This document shows, piece by piece, positions 63,794 through 64,000 of a stretch of 64,000 bases of DNA (the first letter of the stretch is position 1; every line of letters begins with the position of its first letter). The notes under the pieces are model-generated. The model was not told the DNA's origin. It ran no database searches and saw only the letters and a program-made list of their open reading frames with translations. Both the position numbers and the translations under genes were made by a program. Source of the DNA: a virus. The stretch is from the IMG/VR virus record IMGVR_UViG_3300046000_009133, positions 5,668 through 69,667 of that record, one strand, 5' to 3'.

Positions 63794-63906
63794 TTCAACA
63801 ATCGTTGAACAGTCTTAGGTCTCATTTCAAGTATTGTTGAAATTAGAACCATTCTAAACTGTCGATCTCGATCAGGAAACCTGCGGACTGTTCAACGATT
63901 GTTGAA
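63794..63906. repeat. perfect 21-bp inverted repeat TTCAACAATCGTTGAACAGTC, 71-nt spacer
   Basis: 63794-63814 is the exact reverse complement of 63886-63906. Confidence 0.9.
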
Positions 63907-64000
63907 GGGTTCCGGCTAAATGCTTGATTTTGCAGGTAAACAGCCCAGTTTCACTGTGATATTTTTCAAAATAGGAATGAATCGGGTTCTTTCCTTCTCC

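Noticed and set aside
1-64000. tRNA/rRNA genes, reverse transcriptase (DGR or retron), IS transposases
   Set aside because: None recognised by eye. tRNAscan-SE and HMM searches would be needed to exclude divergent cases.

Overview
This window is phage DNA throughout, with no host genes visible. It covers most of the genome of a temperate, Chi-like (lambda-type head) siphovirus. The host is probably an alphaproteobacterium, likely Rhodobacteraceae, inferred from a GapR/DUF2312 homolog and a GTA-type TIM-barrel tail domain. Gene order: (1) leftward early genes (105-2000); (2) a rightward accessory/nucleotide operon with ACP, thyX, DUF5664, GapR-like and amino-MTase genes (2371-10801); (3) a long minus-strand block read right to left: replication (MazG-like, DUF2800, DUF2815, exonuclease, family B polymerase, VRR-NUC, nrdJ, dcd, SNF2 helicase), repressor, C5-MTase, attP/integrase/AlpA, terminases, head, tail and lysis; (4) a rightward primase-helicase and a repeat-rich end. 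Most notable observations: an intein in the helicase whose HNH endonuclease is encoded in a different, fully overlapping frame; a ~500-nt highly base-paired non-coding RNA candidate with its own terminator, directly upstream of a second HNH gene and lying between integrase and alpA; a T-[DN]-L-x-x-L-L peptide motif recurring at or near the ends of about ten unrelated proteins; a TCAC-N7-GTGA palindrome at many operon and cassette junctions; and a second overlapping gene inside the C5-MTase. All family assignments come from motifs recognised by eye, not from database searches.
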